Part shown: in pieces, positions 27,389 through 40,303 of the stretch | Position numbering within the stretch: the stretch's first letter is position 1 | How the letters are laid out: the number at the start of each line of letters is the position of its first letter | Assembly: GCF_006345805.1 (NCBI RefSeq) | Contig: NC_042997.1 | Coordinates: 46,686,001-46,750,000 of the forward strand | DNA: 64,000 nt | Direction of reading: 5' to 3' | Source: Octopus sinensis | Taxonomy: Eukaryota | Notes under the pieces: model-generated | The model's database searches: none | Seen by the model: the letters and a program-made list of their open reading frames with translations, nothing else | What the model was told of the DNA's origin: nothing | Position numbers and translations under genes: made by a program

Positions 27389-28051
27389 ATACATACACAT
27401 ACTCACGCATACATGCATCTGAATGCATTCGAATACATAATATGGTGGGCATGAATAGTCCTTGGTTGACAACATAGCATTGATAAATTCTTGTTCTTCT
27501 TCATATTCTTTTCCATTTTCTTGTTAGTGTTTTGGCTATTGTTCTCCTCCACCTTAGCTACCTCCACCTCCTCCTCCTCCTCCAACTTATCATCATCATC
27601 ATCGTTTTGCTTCTAGTCTCCTGCCAAAATTAAGGGGAACTATTATTATGTCCATAATTATCATCATCATCATTAGTATTCTTGCTGTTGTTATTGTTGT
27701 TGTTAATATCATTATTGTTGTTGGTATTATTAAGAATTCGAGTGAATGAAAGCAATCTTGTGAATACCGTGACTATAAGATGAATACAAGACTTTCTAAT
27801 TACAGCAATTGCGACTGGGCACTCAGACTCGTGACCTCATCAATATTTTAAACATCGTCGAGTTGAGTAATAAAACTAAATTATAGAGAAACAATAATCA
27901 ACACAAGTAAGGAATAAGTAGAATTTTGTAATTACGTAGGTTATAAAGAAGAACAATTACATTAATTATGCAAAATAAGAAATGTATACATACATATTAA
28001 ACATTATATATATATATATATATATATATACGTATGTATTTATACATACAT

Positions 28052-28085
<34 letters not shown>

Positions 28086-28092
28086 GTATATA

Positions 28093-28149
<57 letters not shown>

Positions 28150-28329
28150 TTTACACAGTGTTAAATTAAGACCTACTAAAACTATCATGCCGTGGAGACA
28201 GTAATTTTGCAGTTTTATATAACGTGCGTTGTGTCGCGAAGCAATCTTTCAAGTTCAGTGCACTTATTTTAACACCATGTACAATTAGATGATAATTAAC
28301 TCTCGCAGGGTGGAGTACTCTAGTTGTTG

Positions 28330-28417
<88 letters not shown>

Positions 28418-28430
28418 GTCTATCTATCTG

Positions 28431-28497
<67 letters not shown>

Positions 28498-28535
28498 GTC
28501 TGTCTGTCTGTCTGTCTATCTCTCTATCTCTTTAT

Positions 28536-28620
<85 letters not shown>

Positions 28621-28631
28621 GTGTGTGTGTG

Positions 28632-28920
28632 TAAAAACTACAAACTGGGACAAGAACGCAAAACATTTAGAAGACGATACAAAAAACACGGACGGGACAT
28701 TCGAAGCCTTCAATCTTCAGTCAAGAACCGGATCATCCTCGCAATTTCGGCTGATTAATCTTGAGATTGCTCCAATTTGACCAGCCCCAAGGAACATCTA
28801 AGCTAAGCGCATTAGATTCCTTGGAAGAAAGCCTCGAATGTATACAAAACAAAGACGGAAAAACGGACGATGTTACACGAATATGAATACAAAAATACGT
28901 AAAAACAATAATGATAATAA
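28632..28920 (-). repeat. Dispersed repeat (PLE pLTR-like), second copy at 62315-62530 (+)
   Basis: CTAAGCTAAGCGCATTAGATTCCTTGGAAGAAAG and flanks are the reverse complement of CTTTCTTCCAAGGAGTCTAATGCTCTTAGCTTAG at ~62314-62347. Confidence 0.7.
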
Positions 28921-29159
28921 TAATAACAAAAACAGGACATCACAAACAGGCGTCTTTCGACTTGACGAGTAAACTTGAGCTGGCGTGTCAGGAATGTGCT
29001 TAGGGGAGAGAGAAAAAATGTGTGTTGCCGCGACGACTGCAAGACTCGACTCTACCCTTACAGACGAAAGGTTCGGCAAGAAATTGCCGAACAATCACAT
29101 AGATGGTTTTGTTTATAGTGATCAAATATTTGTGTTCATATAAGCTCACTCCCTCCATC

Positions 29160-29335
29160 AAACCGACATTACCTGTACAGGTACACTGTGTGCGACATGT
29201 CAGATGACGAAATGATGGCAGAACAATGTGAAATGAAGTGCTTTGCTCAAGAACACAACGCAACGTCTGGTCTGGGAATCGAAACTGCGATCTTCCAATC
29301 GTGAATACAACACCCTAATCACTAAAAGATGCCCC
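29160..29335 (-). mobile_element. SINE fragment with a family C-like tRNA head
   Basis: GTGAAATGAAGTGCTTTGCTCAAGAACACAACGC...GGGAATCGAAAC...CCCTAATCACT. Confidence 0.65.
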
Positions 29336-29338
29336 TGC

Positions 29339-29396
<58 letters not shown>

Positions 29397-29761
29397 ATAT
29401 ACACTAATCATGATACTACCATTCTCTAGACTGCGTGCCGTACTGCCACTGGATATCTTGCCCTGGCTTCTCAGTAGGGTGGAGAGATTCGCCGATGTGC
29501 TGACTAAGTCTTATTGGACCTAATACTCAAGGTTATACAATCGCCCGCGGGGTGACTCTCCAACACCCGGATTAGTAGGTTGATGCAATAATCTCAGGCA
29601 CGGGCCTTATTGCTTGCATTTTGCAAGGTCACTGCTCAGTGATGGTCTTCCGCTCTCGTGAGTTATCATACATACATACATACATACATACATACATACA
29701 CACAACACACACACACACCACACACACACACACACACACATAATATATATATATATATATC

Positions 29762-29794
<33 letters not shown>

Positions 29795-30045
29795 AGAGTT
29801 ATGATATATTCACCATAATTTGATGACGGCCAATGCACGAAACTTTAGGATTTATGTCACTCAGTTTCTTCTACTGAATATTAATATATATACCATATAC
29901 TCATATTCTGAGTTCTATTGTCCCTGTCTGCGAGATCATATTTTTCATATTCATTTAAGACGGTAGTACCACGTTTTACGAACGCCTCTGATCACGAATA
30001 AATCGGGCTTTATATAAATATATATATATATATATTTTTTTTTTG

Positions 30046-30255
30046 TACTTGTTTCAGTCATTTGACTGTGGCCATGCTGGAGCACCGCCTTTAGAGTGGT
30101 GAAATAGTACAGCAGGGATCACCACCTCCTGCCGGAGCCTCGTGGAGCTTTTAGGTGTTTTTTTCGGTCAATAAACACACACAACGCCCGGTCTGGGAAT
30201 CGAAACCGCGATCCTCCGACCGCAAGTCCGCTGCCCTAACCACTAGGCCACTGCG

Positions 30256-30258
<3 letters not shown>
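30046..30258 (-). mobile_element. Chimeric SINE fragment: family A head (30093-30258) joined to family B tail (30046-30092)
   Basis: Head is the reverse complement of 2931-3095; tail TACTTGTTTCAGTCATTTGACTGTGGCCATGCTGGAGCACCGCCTTTAG matches 62835-62883. Confidence 0.75.
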
Positions 30259-30311
<53 letters not shown>

Positions 30312-30324
30312 CATATAAATATAT

Positions 30325-30585
30325 CGCGGAAATGTACTTGCATAGCAAGTGACCTACTCTGAGATCTCGTGCTGAAGCAAAACCAATTGCAGCGTGGAAG
30401 GTGTTTATAAACCATTTAAAACCACACAGAAACCGTTATTTTGCCAGCACGGAATTTTGTCAGTGATCAAGTCGCGGTCTCAAAGCGACGAAAATATTTC
30501 GGCAAATTAAATTTAAATATTGAAGTGAATCTAACGGTTTTTGTGTGTTTTTAAAGGCTTATAAACACCATCCACGCAGCAATAT
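30325..30585. mobile_element. Foldback PLE-like element with G3-C8 hammerhead motif; second copy 31424-31612
   Basis: Inverted arms TTGCAGCGTGGAAGGTGTTTATAA...CCGTTA / TAACGG...TTATAAACACCATCCACGCAGCAA; 5' part repeated at 31424-31535. Confidence 0.75.
30456..30506 (+). ncRNA. Minimal type I hammerhead motif, G3-C8 core variant
   Basis: TTTGTCA-GTGATCA-A-GTCGC-GGTCTCAAA-GCGAC-GAA-AATATT-T-CGGCAAA; second copy (31564-31608, -) ATCA-GTGAACA-C-GTCAC...GCGAC-GAA-AATATT-T-TGAT. Confidence 0.6.
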
Positions 30586-30599
30586 ATATGTATGTAAAG

Positions 30600-30878
30600 A
30601 GTAAAAAGACCCCCTTCGGTCATGAATGACCATGGGATTGCACCTAGAAAGTTACCTTCCTAGATACAAGTCCGGGCAAGGTTGTTTATGGAAGGCTAGC
30701 AGTCGCCCATGCATACCAGCCTCCCTCTCCACGCCACCAGTGTTATCCAAGGGAAAGACAAAGGTCGATACAGCTTGGCACCAGTGACGTCGCAACTCAT
30801 TTCTACAGCTGAGTGAACTGGAGCAACGTGAAATAAAGTGCCTTGCTCGAGAACACAACACGCTGCCCGGTCCGGGAG
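30600..30878 (-). mobile_element. SINE family C (5' end of head missing)
   Basis: GACCATGGGATTGCACCTAGAAAG...CTACAGCTGAGTGAACTGGAGCAACGTGAAATAAAGTGCCTTGCTC; matches 12230-12560. Confidence 0.8.
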
Positions 30879-30898
30879 TATATATATATATATATATA

Positions 30899-31303
30899 AG
30901 TGGCTGTTTGGTAAGTCGCTTGCGCACAAAACACATGCTTCGGGTTCAATCCCACTGCGTGGCACCTTGAGCAAGAGTCTTTTACTGTAGCCTCCAGCCA
31001 ACCACAGCCTTTTGAGTGGATTTGGTAGACGGAAACTGAAAAAAACCTGTCGTATATATGTATACATATATATATGTATACATGTGTGTGTATATGTTTG
31101 TGTGTCTGTGTTTGTTCTCTCAACATCACTTGACAACCGATGTTAATGTGTTTACGTCACCGTAATTTAGCGGTTCGGCCGAAGAGACCGATAGAATAAG
31201 TACTAGGCTTACAAGAAATAAGTTTTGGCGTTGATTTGCTCGACTAAAGGCGGTGCTTCGGCATGGCCGCAGTCAAATGACTGAAACAAGTAAAAGAGTA
31301 AAA
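30899..31303 (+). mobile_element. tRNA-derived SINE family B, near full length
   Basis: AGTGGCTGTTTGGTAAG...GGGTTCAATCCC head, internal microsatellite, tail GCATGGCCGCAGTCAAATGACTGAAACAAGTAAAAGAGTAAAA. Confidence 0.88.
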
Positions 31304-31314
31304 TAGTATATATG

Positions 31315-31361
<47 letters not shown>

Positions 31362-31381
31362 ATATACATATGTATGTGCAT

Positions 31382-31423
<42 letters not shown>

Positions 31424-33362
31424 CGGAGATGTACTTGCATAGCGAGTGACTTGATCTGAGATCGTGTGCTGGAACGAAAATAATTGCAGCGTGGAAGGTG
31501 TTTATAAGCCATTTCAGAAACACACAAAACTGGTAGATTCACTTCAACATTTAAATTTAATTTATCAAAATATTTTCGTCGCTTTGAGACCGTGACGTGT
31601 TCACTGATGCAGACATACGTATGGTGTGTATACATACACACCCACGCATACATAGACTTATATAATTCATAACGAAATGGAAATATATTACTAGATACTT
31701 GTTGGAGAGTTTAGAATATATATTGTACTATTCGGTGTTTTTGTGTTCTTGTTTACATCTGTTTTCTTGTACAGATTTTCTGTGGGGACAAATAATGTTT
31801 TTCAGTATTAAAAACGTATAACACCAAAGTGGTTCCAGGACAAATCCTTTTCATTAATTATCCTTGGACGTGTGTTCGTTACACGCTAACAGCATCGGAA
31901 ATTTTATTTGAAATACCATGTTCATAAGAAATTAATATCACTTCTCCGTAGGAATTGCTAAGATATCATTATGTACTGACGAAATGTCACATACAAGGAT
32001 TTTGCAAATTCTCTCGTATTAAATTTTCCCAAATTCAAATTTTGCAATCCAGGCTTCTATTTCATGCTTAAAATGTTGCGTTGTTGCCTCTGAATTCCTG
32101 TTGTACGTTCAATCAGCTTGTAATTCAAACAGGTATCGTTCAGATAAGTAACTAAATGTCTGGAGTTTGAAATTACTCATGGTTAATCAATAAGAAATGA
32201 TTACTTTACTCATGTTAAAGATATTAGCAGATGGTTTTGGTATTGTGACGCATTCATTTGTTCATAAATACTATTTTCTGCCTCGAGAATTGTATGAATT
32301 TTCTGTCTCAGAAATGATTTAACCTCACTTTAATGTAAAATTTGTTTCATCGCTGTCTTTTAAACGAGAAATGTATTTTGATAATGAAGTGGAATTGCTT
32401 TTATACTTTCCGCTGGACAAATGCTAATTCTGGCTGTATCGAGTTTTAAATTACATTGCAGTTAACTCGATATATGTCTTTTCACTGCACTTACCAATTT
32501 TTAAAAATCCTTTTCGTCAGACATTTTAGCATAATGTGGTTGGCATGTACTTATTGTTAATTTTCATTTGAGATAAATCAATTCTGCTTCGGCATTTTTG
32601 ATTATTGTTGGAACCCTATGATTCTCAGATGCCCAGACATCTATAAACAACATTAACTGAATTTCGATTAAAAATTATATAAAGTCTGCTGAATGTGGAG
32701 AAGTTTCAGTAAGCTGTTTGCAATTATTTAGTGATATATTTTAATTGTGTGGAGGATAAGACAATAATATCATTCTGATTTGAGTTTGGTTGTTTAAGTG
32801 TGATTATTCAATTCCTTATTGAAACCGCTCCATGCAAAGATTTTAGCATACGCATCACACCCTATAGAATTTATCACAGAAATAGACGTCCGATTATGGA
32901 AGCAGTACCCATATAACGACCAAAAGCTACAATTAACGTATGTCATATACGCTACGAAAGCATACCAGATTATGCACAACGCTTACCCTCCTAAGTTCAC
33001 TTTCTGGCAGAAAAAATGCACAACCATAAGCCATCCAGTATTAAAGTACAGGACAAAAACAAATATCATTCAACGTCCTTATTCTGAAGCGCAGCTAGTC
33101 TGGAGGCATTGATGAATTAGGCAATTTATTATTCTAAGTGTACGATCATGTTCTGATGCATAGAAATGATAAAAAATATTAGCATACAACACATACATAC
33201 GTATATTATGTTTATATGTATATATACATTTATACATATATACATATACATATAAACATACGTAAAGACACACACATATATATATATATTATATATATAT
33301 CTGTATAAATGTATGTATGTATTTCTGCGAAGGTGGATATATACATACATACATACATACAT

Positions 33363-33460
<98 letters not shown>

Positions 33461-34379
33461 GCATGTAATATATGTATATGTGTATGTAAGTAATGTATGC
33501 ATGTATGCAGGTATATATAAATGTATAATGTATCTATATATGCTTGTATATAGGAGATCTACATAAAAGTCACGAATACAAGTAGAAGGCGGAAAGCTGA
33601 AACATCTGGAATCTTAAGTACATTCTCCGTCACACACACACACACGCACACATACACACACTCACACACGCATACACATATACCCACACATACACACGCA
33701 TACATACAAACACACACACATACACACATTCACGTGTACATGCACAGTGAATGCTTTCCCACAAATACACAATCACACATGCAAATGCTCTGCGCGCACT
33801 CAAAAATACATCCGCATATTTTGATGAAACATCGTGAAGAGAAAATAAATTGATTTTCCATTTTATAGTCAATCACCTTCGGCTAAAAGAAAGTTTCCAT
33901 TTCTTATGACACTCTAAAATGTTGCATTTCACTTCATATTTTGTGCGTACAATAGTCTGGCTAAAGTGAGTAATGTTCAAGAACTCTATGCTTCATAACT
34001 ACACAGACATACATAGACTACAAAATGCATCCAGTTTATCTATCAATCTACCTACCTCCGTAAATAGGTATGTATGAATATATGCATGTATATAAGCATA
34101 TATACATATATATACATATATATACATATATGTAAGCATATATCAAACTATATATATATGTATGTATGTATATATCAAAGTATATATATAGTATGATATC
34201 CATATACTTAACAGTTGGGTGCTGTGAAACAACAGGTGCGGCGCTTCATTGTACGCAAAAATCATTCTAATGTCATATTTCGCTATATTGGCAGAATACA
34301 GCGCGCTCTACCCTGAAATATAGAGTGTAAAAACTATCTGCTGATTTGTAATTGGGCTACACAAATGGAATAAAAGAAA

Positions 34380-35565
34380 TTACTGCTAATGGAAGATTTG
34401 GTGATGCGTATCCTGGATGATGGTGATGCTGTTGACATCGTTTTATTGGACTTTGCTAAAGCTTTTGACTCGGTTAACCACCGCCTATTACTTGTCAAGT
34501 TTCAAGCATATCGTTTCCATCTGGATATTGTACGATGGGTTGGTGCTTTCCTCTCAGATCGCTCCTTCCAAGTCCAAGTTAATGGTTCGCTGTCCGACGT
34601 CTCTAGTGCGAGCAGTGGCGTGCCTCAAGGTTCAGTGCTTGGGCGGTTATTGTTTTTAGTCTTCATAAATCACTTGCCCGACGACCTCACGCAACACACC
34701 CTTCTATTTGCCGATGATGTCAAACTGGTCGCTCCTCGCAGTGATATAGCTGATCTTCGTCGATGCCTCCACCAAGTTTGGAGATGGCCTAACGAATGGG
34801 ACCTGTGTCTGAACGTGTCAAAGTGCTGTCATCTGCCTGTTGGCTCCTCTCCTGCAACTCAACTTGATTTCGAGCCGGGTCGTCTGCTACTGGAGAGGAC
34901 CGACCAGGTAAAGGACCTGTGCATCTTGCTGGATTCTTCCTTTTCGCCTTCGGCCCAAGGCGGAGTTCAGTTTTTGATTCGACGGTCATTCGGAATGCTC
35001 ACAGCAGCCATATTCCTACCGCTCTATGTCACGCTGGTGAGACCCATATTGGAGTACGGGATGCAAGCCTCTTCTCCTTATCTCCTCAAAGACATGCACC
35101 ATCTTGAAAGTGTCCAGAAGCTGGCTACCCGCATGGTTCTTGGTTTCAAGCATTTGTCTTATGAAGAAAGGCTGAAGACGCTCGACCTTTATTCTCTAGG
35201 AAAACGACGACGCCATGGAAATCTCATTCTCGCTCACAACATCATAAGCAGAAAGTGTAACCTCTCGAAAGAGCTGTTCTTCACCCCTGCTCCAGAGTGT
35301 CGGCTGCGGGGTCACTCCGGAAAGCCCTATCTGCGACGATTTCATCTCAATCGACGGAGAGGGGCTTTCTCCGTCCGGGTTGCGGATCCGTGGAATAAGC
35401 CGCCGGACGAGATAGTGAAGATGCCGACGACCGCTTTGTTCAAAGTCTCTCTTGACCAGAAATAGCCTGAACTCTTTGCATGAACACCCTCCCTGTACAT
35501 AACTCCATGTCCCCCTACATGGCCTTGCTTTTGCTTTTTGAGCCAAATAATTAACTTAACTAACT
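34380..35565 (+). mobile_element. 5'-truncated CR1-clade LINE
   Basis: RT ORF followed by a short 3' UTR and an AATTAACTTAACTAACT tandem tail. Confidence 0.88.
34389..35465 (+). CDS. CR1-like LINE ORF2 fragment, reverse transcriptase domain (358 aa open frame, 5'-truncated)
   Basis: LLDFAKAFDSVNH, SGVPQGSVLG, LFADDVKL, YVTLVRPILEYG, LESVQKLATRM, SYEERLKTLDLYSL, FSVRVADPWN. Confidence 0.9.
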   Translation: MEDLVMRILDDGDAVDIVLLDFAKAFDSVNHRLLLVKFQAYRFHLDIVRWVGAFLSDRSFQVQVNGSLSDVSSASSGVPQGSVLGRLLFLVFINHLPDDLTQHTLLFADDVKLVAPRSDIADLRRCLHQVWRWPNEWDLCLNVSKCCHLPVGSSPATQLDFEPGRLLLERTDQVKDLCILLDSSFSPSAQGGVQFLIRRSFGMLTAAIFLPLYVTLVRPILEYGMQASSPYLLKDMHHLESVQKLATRMVLGFKHLSYEERLKTLDLYSLGKRRRHGNLILAHNIISRKCNLSKELFFTPAPECRLRGHSGKPYLRRFHLNRRRGAFSVRVADPWNKPPDEIVKMPTTALFKVSLDQK

Positions 35566-36708
35566 CATCTTAATAAATCCAGATTATGCAATAAAATTAA
35601 TTTCATAATGTATTCCTTATCCATACCACATAAGTCAAGTACACGTGTTGTTTAAACACCAGTTGTATATAATCATCTATGAAAATCCATTTAAAGAAGT
35701 ATGGGGCAAAAAAAAAAAACCAAAAGCATAATATATCCGAAGAAGTGATCACGAGAACGATAAATATGTACTTTGCAGATTATCACAACTGCACATTCGA
35801 GTCAACTCCCAAACGAAAGTGAAATCTCCAGCCCGGAGTATTTACTATTTCGAATCGGAAGTAACGTCATTGTGCGGTATTGATAATTTGCTTTTAGAGC
35901 TAAATATGTATCTTTCGGTATCGCGTTTCCTTTTGAAGTAATTTCATTTTGCCTGGTAGTCCACTACATTGTGTATTTTAACACTATATAATTTTTTAAA
36001 TATATTTTTCCCGGCTTCTGATCTTTAAGCAGCACACGCATATTAAGCATGCGGCATCAGTCATGTTTACATCATGCAGCTGCCTTTATTGCATAATCAC
36101 CATAAACACACACGCACGTGCGCGCGCGCGTATAATGTAAATACAATGAGCATTAACTAGGTCAGCATTTGAAGAAGAAAGCTTAATAAATTGGGGATTA
36201 GCTGAATCTTTGAATGGAAAGAGAAAGCATCTGAAAGTTTCGGAAGTTAATCCTTCGTCAAAAGAAAGGCAAGAACAAAGAACATTTGAAGGAGAAATAC
36301 TCGCAGTAAAACGCAGAAAGTGTAAATACTGCTCTATGGATGATTTAAAATGGTTGTATAATAGATGCAAATACATTTTCACACTCATAGACATAACCAC
36401 ATATTGACATACATACATAGTGATAAATTAATTACGAAGCGTCAAGTGCCAAAATATGCAAATTCATGTATCCTCAGTGATGGTGTTACATATTTATGAC
36501 CGTTTTACAAGGATAATGACATATTCTAATCTAGAGGTCATTGAGGAAGAAAACCAAGTAGATTACTAGTTGAAGGAAGAAACTTTGAGGAAACAGACGG
36601 AAATGGCGGTCGGAATAAATGTTGATATTCTTGTATTTCTCTCACAGCTATGCATTTTAATAAAAGATACACACACACATACGCACACACACAAACACTA
36701 TATATAGA

Positions 36709-36819
<111 letters not shown>

Positions 36820-37239
36820 TCAGCAGTATCATCACCTAGCCGTTTTAAAGCATAAGCGAACTTATATGTTTGCGGCGTATTTCAGCTTATAAAGACAAAT
36901 TCACTGCAGCTACCGCGGAGAAAATATTCTCTCTTCTGGTAAAGAGTATAAAAACGCTATAACTGTCAGTGTTGCCCATTGTCCGATTTCCAAACGCAGC
37001 GTTATCAATGGGAAATACTGAACATATATGCTTATATACATGCATATATTCATACATACCTATTTATGGAGGTAGGTAGATTGATAGATAAACTGGATGC
37101 ATTTGATAAGTCTATGGACAAATTTAAAGCTGTACCTTTAACTAAAACAGTTAATAGCATTGACTGAGATGGGCGAAAATAGATTCTCATACATACACAC
37201 AGACACAGATACACACACACATATCTAGACCACACGTAA

Positions 37240-37809
37240 TTATTATATGTACTCCGCCTGTTCGCCATTAATCAGCGATTTAACGTGGTGGGTATGCCGC
37301 CCTCATAGCACCGAGCGTAAAGACACCTAAAAGCCATAGACAAGCGATACAACTCACCCCACAACGCATTCAGGAGCGATGGACATCGATGATTCACCAT
37401 TTTTGTGGCTTATAAACAACAAATTGTAAGCGAACTGAATCGCCAGCCAATGACCGTATGCAAATAGTGTAAATATCATTAGCTGGTCTGCCTCGACGAT
37501 GCATAGGAAAGGAAAAATTCAAATAAAAAGCAGCGCTATCGTTGCAAACATTACCGACCAAAGATACTCAATGCGCCATTCTTGTTCACCAGTAGGCTGC
37601 GCTTTGAAGGGGGAATCCCCACCCTCACTGTAAATAGCAGCCTACCGGTCATCAAGCTGCATTCATACGTTGAGTATGTGTGGTGGATAATGATTACAAT
37701 TCTAGCGCTGCTTCTAAATCCATCCAGCTGTTCTTGAGATATCTAGTCCACGGACAAACAAACAAACACGACTGTAAGCAATACCTTCAACCTTCGCTAA
37801 GGCAGAGGT

Positions 37810-37815
<6 letters not shown>
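37240..37815 (+). mobile_element. Helentron-associated (HINE/DINE-1-like) non-autonomous element, tentative
   Basis: 5' TATTATATGTACTCCGCC; 3' (CAAA)n followed by hairpin TACCTTCAACCTTCGCTAAGGCAGAGGTA-ATAAT, whose right arm is complementary to the 5' subterminal motif. Confidence 0.5.
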
Positions 37816-37890
<75 letters not shown>

Positions 37891-37973
37891 TATATATGCA
37901 TATACACATGCATGTGCTTTTTATTAGCCATTTGAATATCTGCATATATACACTTAAATATACATACATACAT

Positions 37974-38017
<44 letters not shown>

Positions 38018-38025
<8 letters not shown>

Positions 38026-39040
38026 TGGCCACTCCTGACCGAGGAAGACCATTGCTGACCTTCAGAAATATTGTGCGCTCTAGGACTAACTTATATCTTG
38101 CATTTACGGCTTCGTTGGTGGCTATTGAGCCCTGCTCTTAGCAAGCATACACGACTGCAAACAATGCAGACCAAGCTTTCCCCATTCACTACAGCAGCAG
38201 TGTGCTTTCGAGCAGCACTCTTAAGTTCTTCATGCAGAATACGTGCTTTTTCAAAAGTGTCGACCCCTTCCTTAACTTGATTCCTCCATCTGTGGCGATG
38301 ACAGGCATTGTTCTCCCAGTCAGTCTCCTGCATGTCACAGGCCTTTAATGAGGACTTGATACAATCCTTAAATCGCAGCCTTGGTTTCTTTACATTGACT
38401 AGTTCCCCATATAGAATATGTTTAGGGTCCTGCTATCCTTCGTTGTAATAAGATATCCAGTCCAACGTACCCGGTGCCTGTGCACCATCGCCTCAATAAT
38501 CAACATATCAGCTGTTATCAAGACCTCTGTGTGTGGAGATTTTAAGGTCCAGCCAACATTGAGAATGTGTTTGAGACGTCTCTGATGAAAGCGTTCAAAA
38601 CCCTTACATGACGTTTGTAAATGGTCCATATCTCACGTGAGTAAAGGAGCGATGTCAGTACACATGTACTTTACACAGCAATTTTTCTTTGTTTTGTGAT
38701 GCCATGCTGGGACCAGGCACGAGACGGAAGAGACCGGAATGAATCAGTTGCTCTCTGCAGCTTGAAAGATATTTCATCATCCAGGGAGTAAGAACGGCTG
38801 AGTGTGCTACCGAGGTTGACAAACTTGTCTACCACTTTCAGAATTGTTCCTTCAACTAAGATAGCTGTTTCCATATATGAATTTTCTGGTGTAGGCTGGA
38901 ACGTTACAACAGTTTTCTCCAGGCTAATGCTGAGTTCAAATGCCTTGCAAGCAACAGAAATACAATTCATAAGCATTTGCACGTTATCCACTGTATGAGT
39001 GACTAAGTCACAGTCATCTGCATAAAAGAGGTCACGAATA
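38018..39040 (-). mobile_element. 5'-truncated RTE (BovB-like) LINE
   Basis: [57 protein letters not shown]-terminal C2H2-like CIVCSRVCLLRAGLNSHQR; frameshifted. Confidence 0.9.
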
Positions 39041-39046
39041 TATGTA

Positions 39047-39080
<34 letters not shown>

Positions 39081-39272
39081 AGTAATACTAAGCAATAAGG
39101 GTTTAGCAACGAGTTGCCTTACCACATACCGAATTTAGAAATAGCAGTCAAAGGTTATAGCTATTTCTTCTACTAAAAAGGGAGATCTCAGTAAAAACAG
39201 CATTTGGAAGGCAGACACAAACAGGTAAGAGAGAATGAATTGACTGCAATCTATCATAATTTTTTTAGTTAT

Positions 39273-39383
39273 CCACGGACGTACGTTTCGAAATCAAGTT
39301 TTAAGGAAAGCATAAGAATTAAATATTAAATATTAAATAATAAATAATTCTATCTACCGAAACTTCTTTTCTCTTCAGCGTAG
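39273..39383 (-). ncRNA. Type I hammerhead ribozyme motif (copy 1)
   Basis: Reverse complement of the motif at 39590-39701. Confidence 0.7.
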
Positions 39384-39589
39384 AATACTATAATCATAAA
39401 TGATTATATATTGAATTTTGAGATACCAGAAGGCACCAACTCCACTCAGTATCAGAGCGAGCTAGAATCCGCAACTGGTATCACCGAATTCAATTTGTGA
39501 ATGAAACGATTGTGTCAACAGCCCCTTCCCACCCGCGTGTAGCCAAAACAAGATGCTGTGGTCATATAATCATTTATGATTATAGTATT

Positions 39590-39701
39590 CTACGCTGAAG
39601 AGAAAAGAAGTTTCGGTAAGATAGAATTATTTATTATTTAATATTTAATATTTAATTCTTATGCTTTCCTTAAAACTTGATTTCGAAACGTACGTCCGTG
39701 G
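39590..39701 (+). ncRNA. Type I hammerhead ribozyme motif with long stem II insert (copy 2)
   Basis: CTACG-CTGAAGA-GAAAAGAAGTTT-[~59 nt]-AAACTTGATTTC-GAA-ACGTACGT-C-CGTGG: stem I CTACG/CGTGG, stem II 10 of 12 pairs, palindromic stem III, GUC site at 39696. Confidence 0.75.
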
Positions 39702-40193
39702 ATAACTAAAAAAATGTATGATAGATTGCAGTCAATTCATTCTCTCTTACCTGTTTGTGTCTGCCTTCCAAATGCTGTTTTTACTGAGATCTCCCTTTTT
39801 AGTAGAAGAAATAGCTATAACCCTTTGACTGCTATTTCTAAATTCGGTATGTGGTAAGGCAACTCGTTGCTAAACCCTTATTGCTTAGTATTACTTAAAT
39901 TTTCCTCGAATAGGCTTTTACATGCCGAAGACTACTTGGTGTAATGATAATTTTTCCAAATTAATTAATTTCACCCTTCATTATTACGGATAACCATATT
40001 TTATCTCAGTAGATGACCACAGCATCTTGTTTTGGCTACACGCGGGTGGAAGGGGCTGTTGACACAATCGTTTCATTCACAAATTGAATTCGGTGATACC
40101 AGTTGCGGATTCTAGCTCGCTCTGATACTGAGTGGAGTTGGTGCCTTCTGGTATCTCAAAATTCAATATATAATCATTTATGATTATAGTATT

Positions 40194-40303
40194 CTACGCT
40201 GAAGAGAAAAGAAGTTTCGGTAAGAAGAATTATTTATTATTTAATATTTAATATTTAATTCTTATGCTTTCCTTAAAACTTGATTTCGAAACGTACGTCC
40301 GTG
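40194..40303 (+). ncRNA. Type I hammerhead ribozyme motif (copy 3)
   Basis: Same core as 39590-39701 with small indels; GUC site at 40299. Confidence 0.7.

Noticed and set aside
35770-35870. Possible host exon after TTTGCAG (YHNCTFES)
   Set aside because: Stops follow quickly and the donor is weak; no supporting neighbouring exons.
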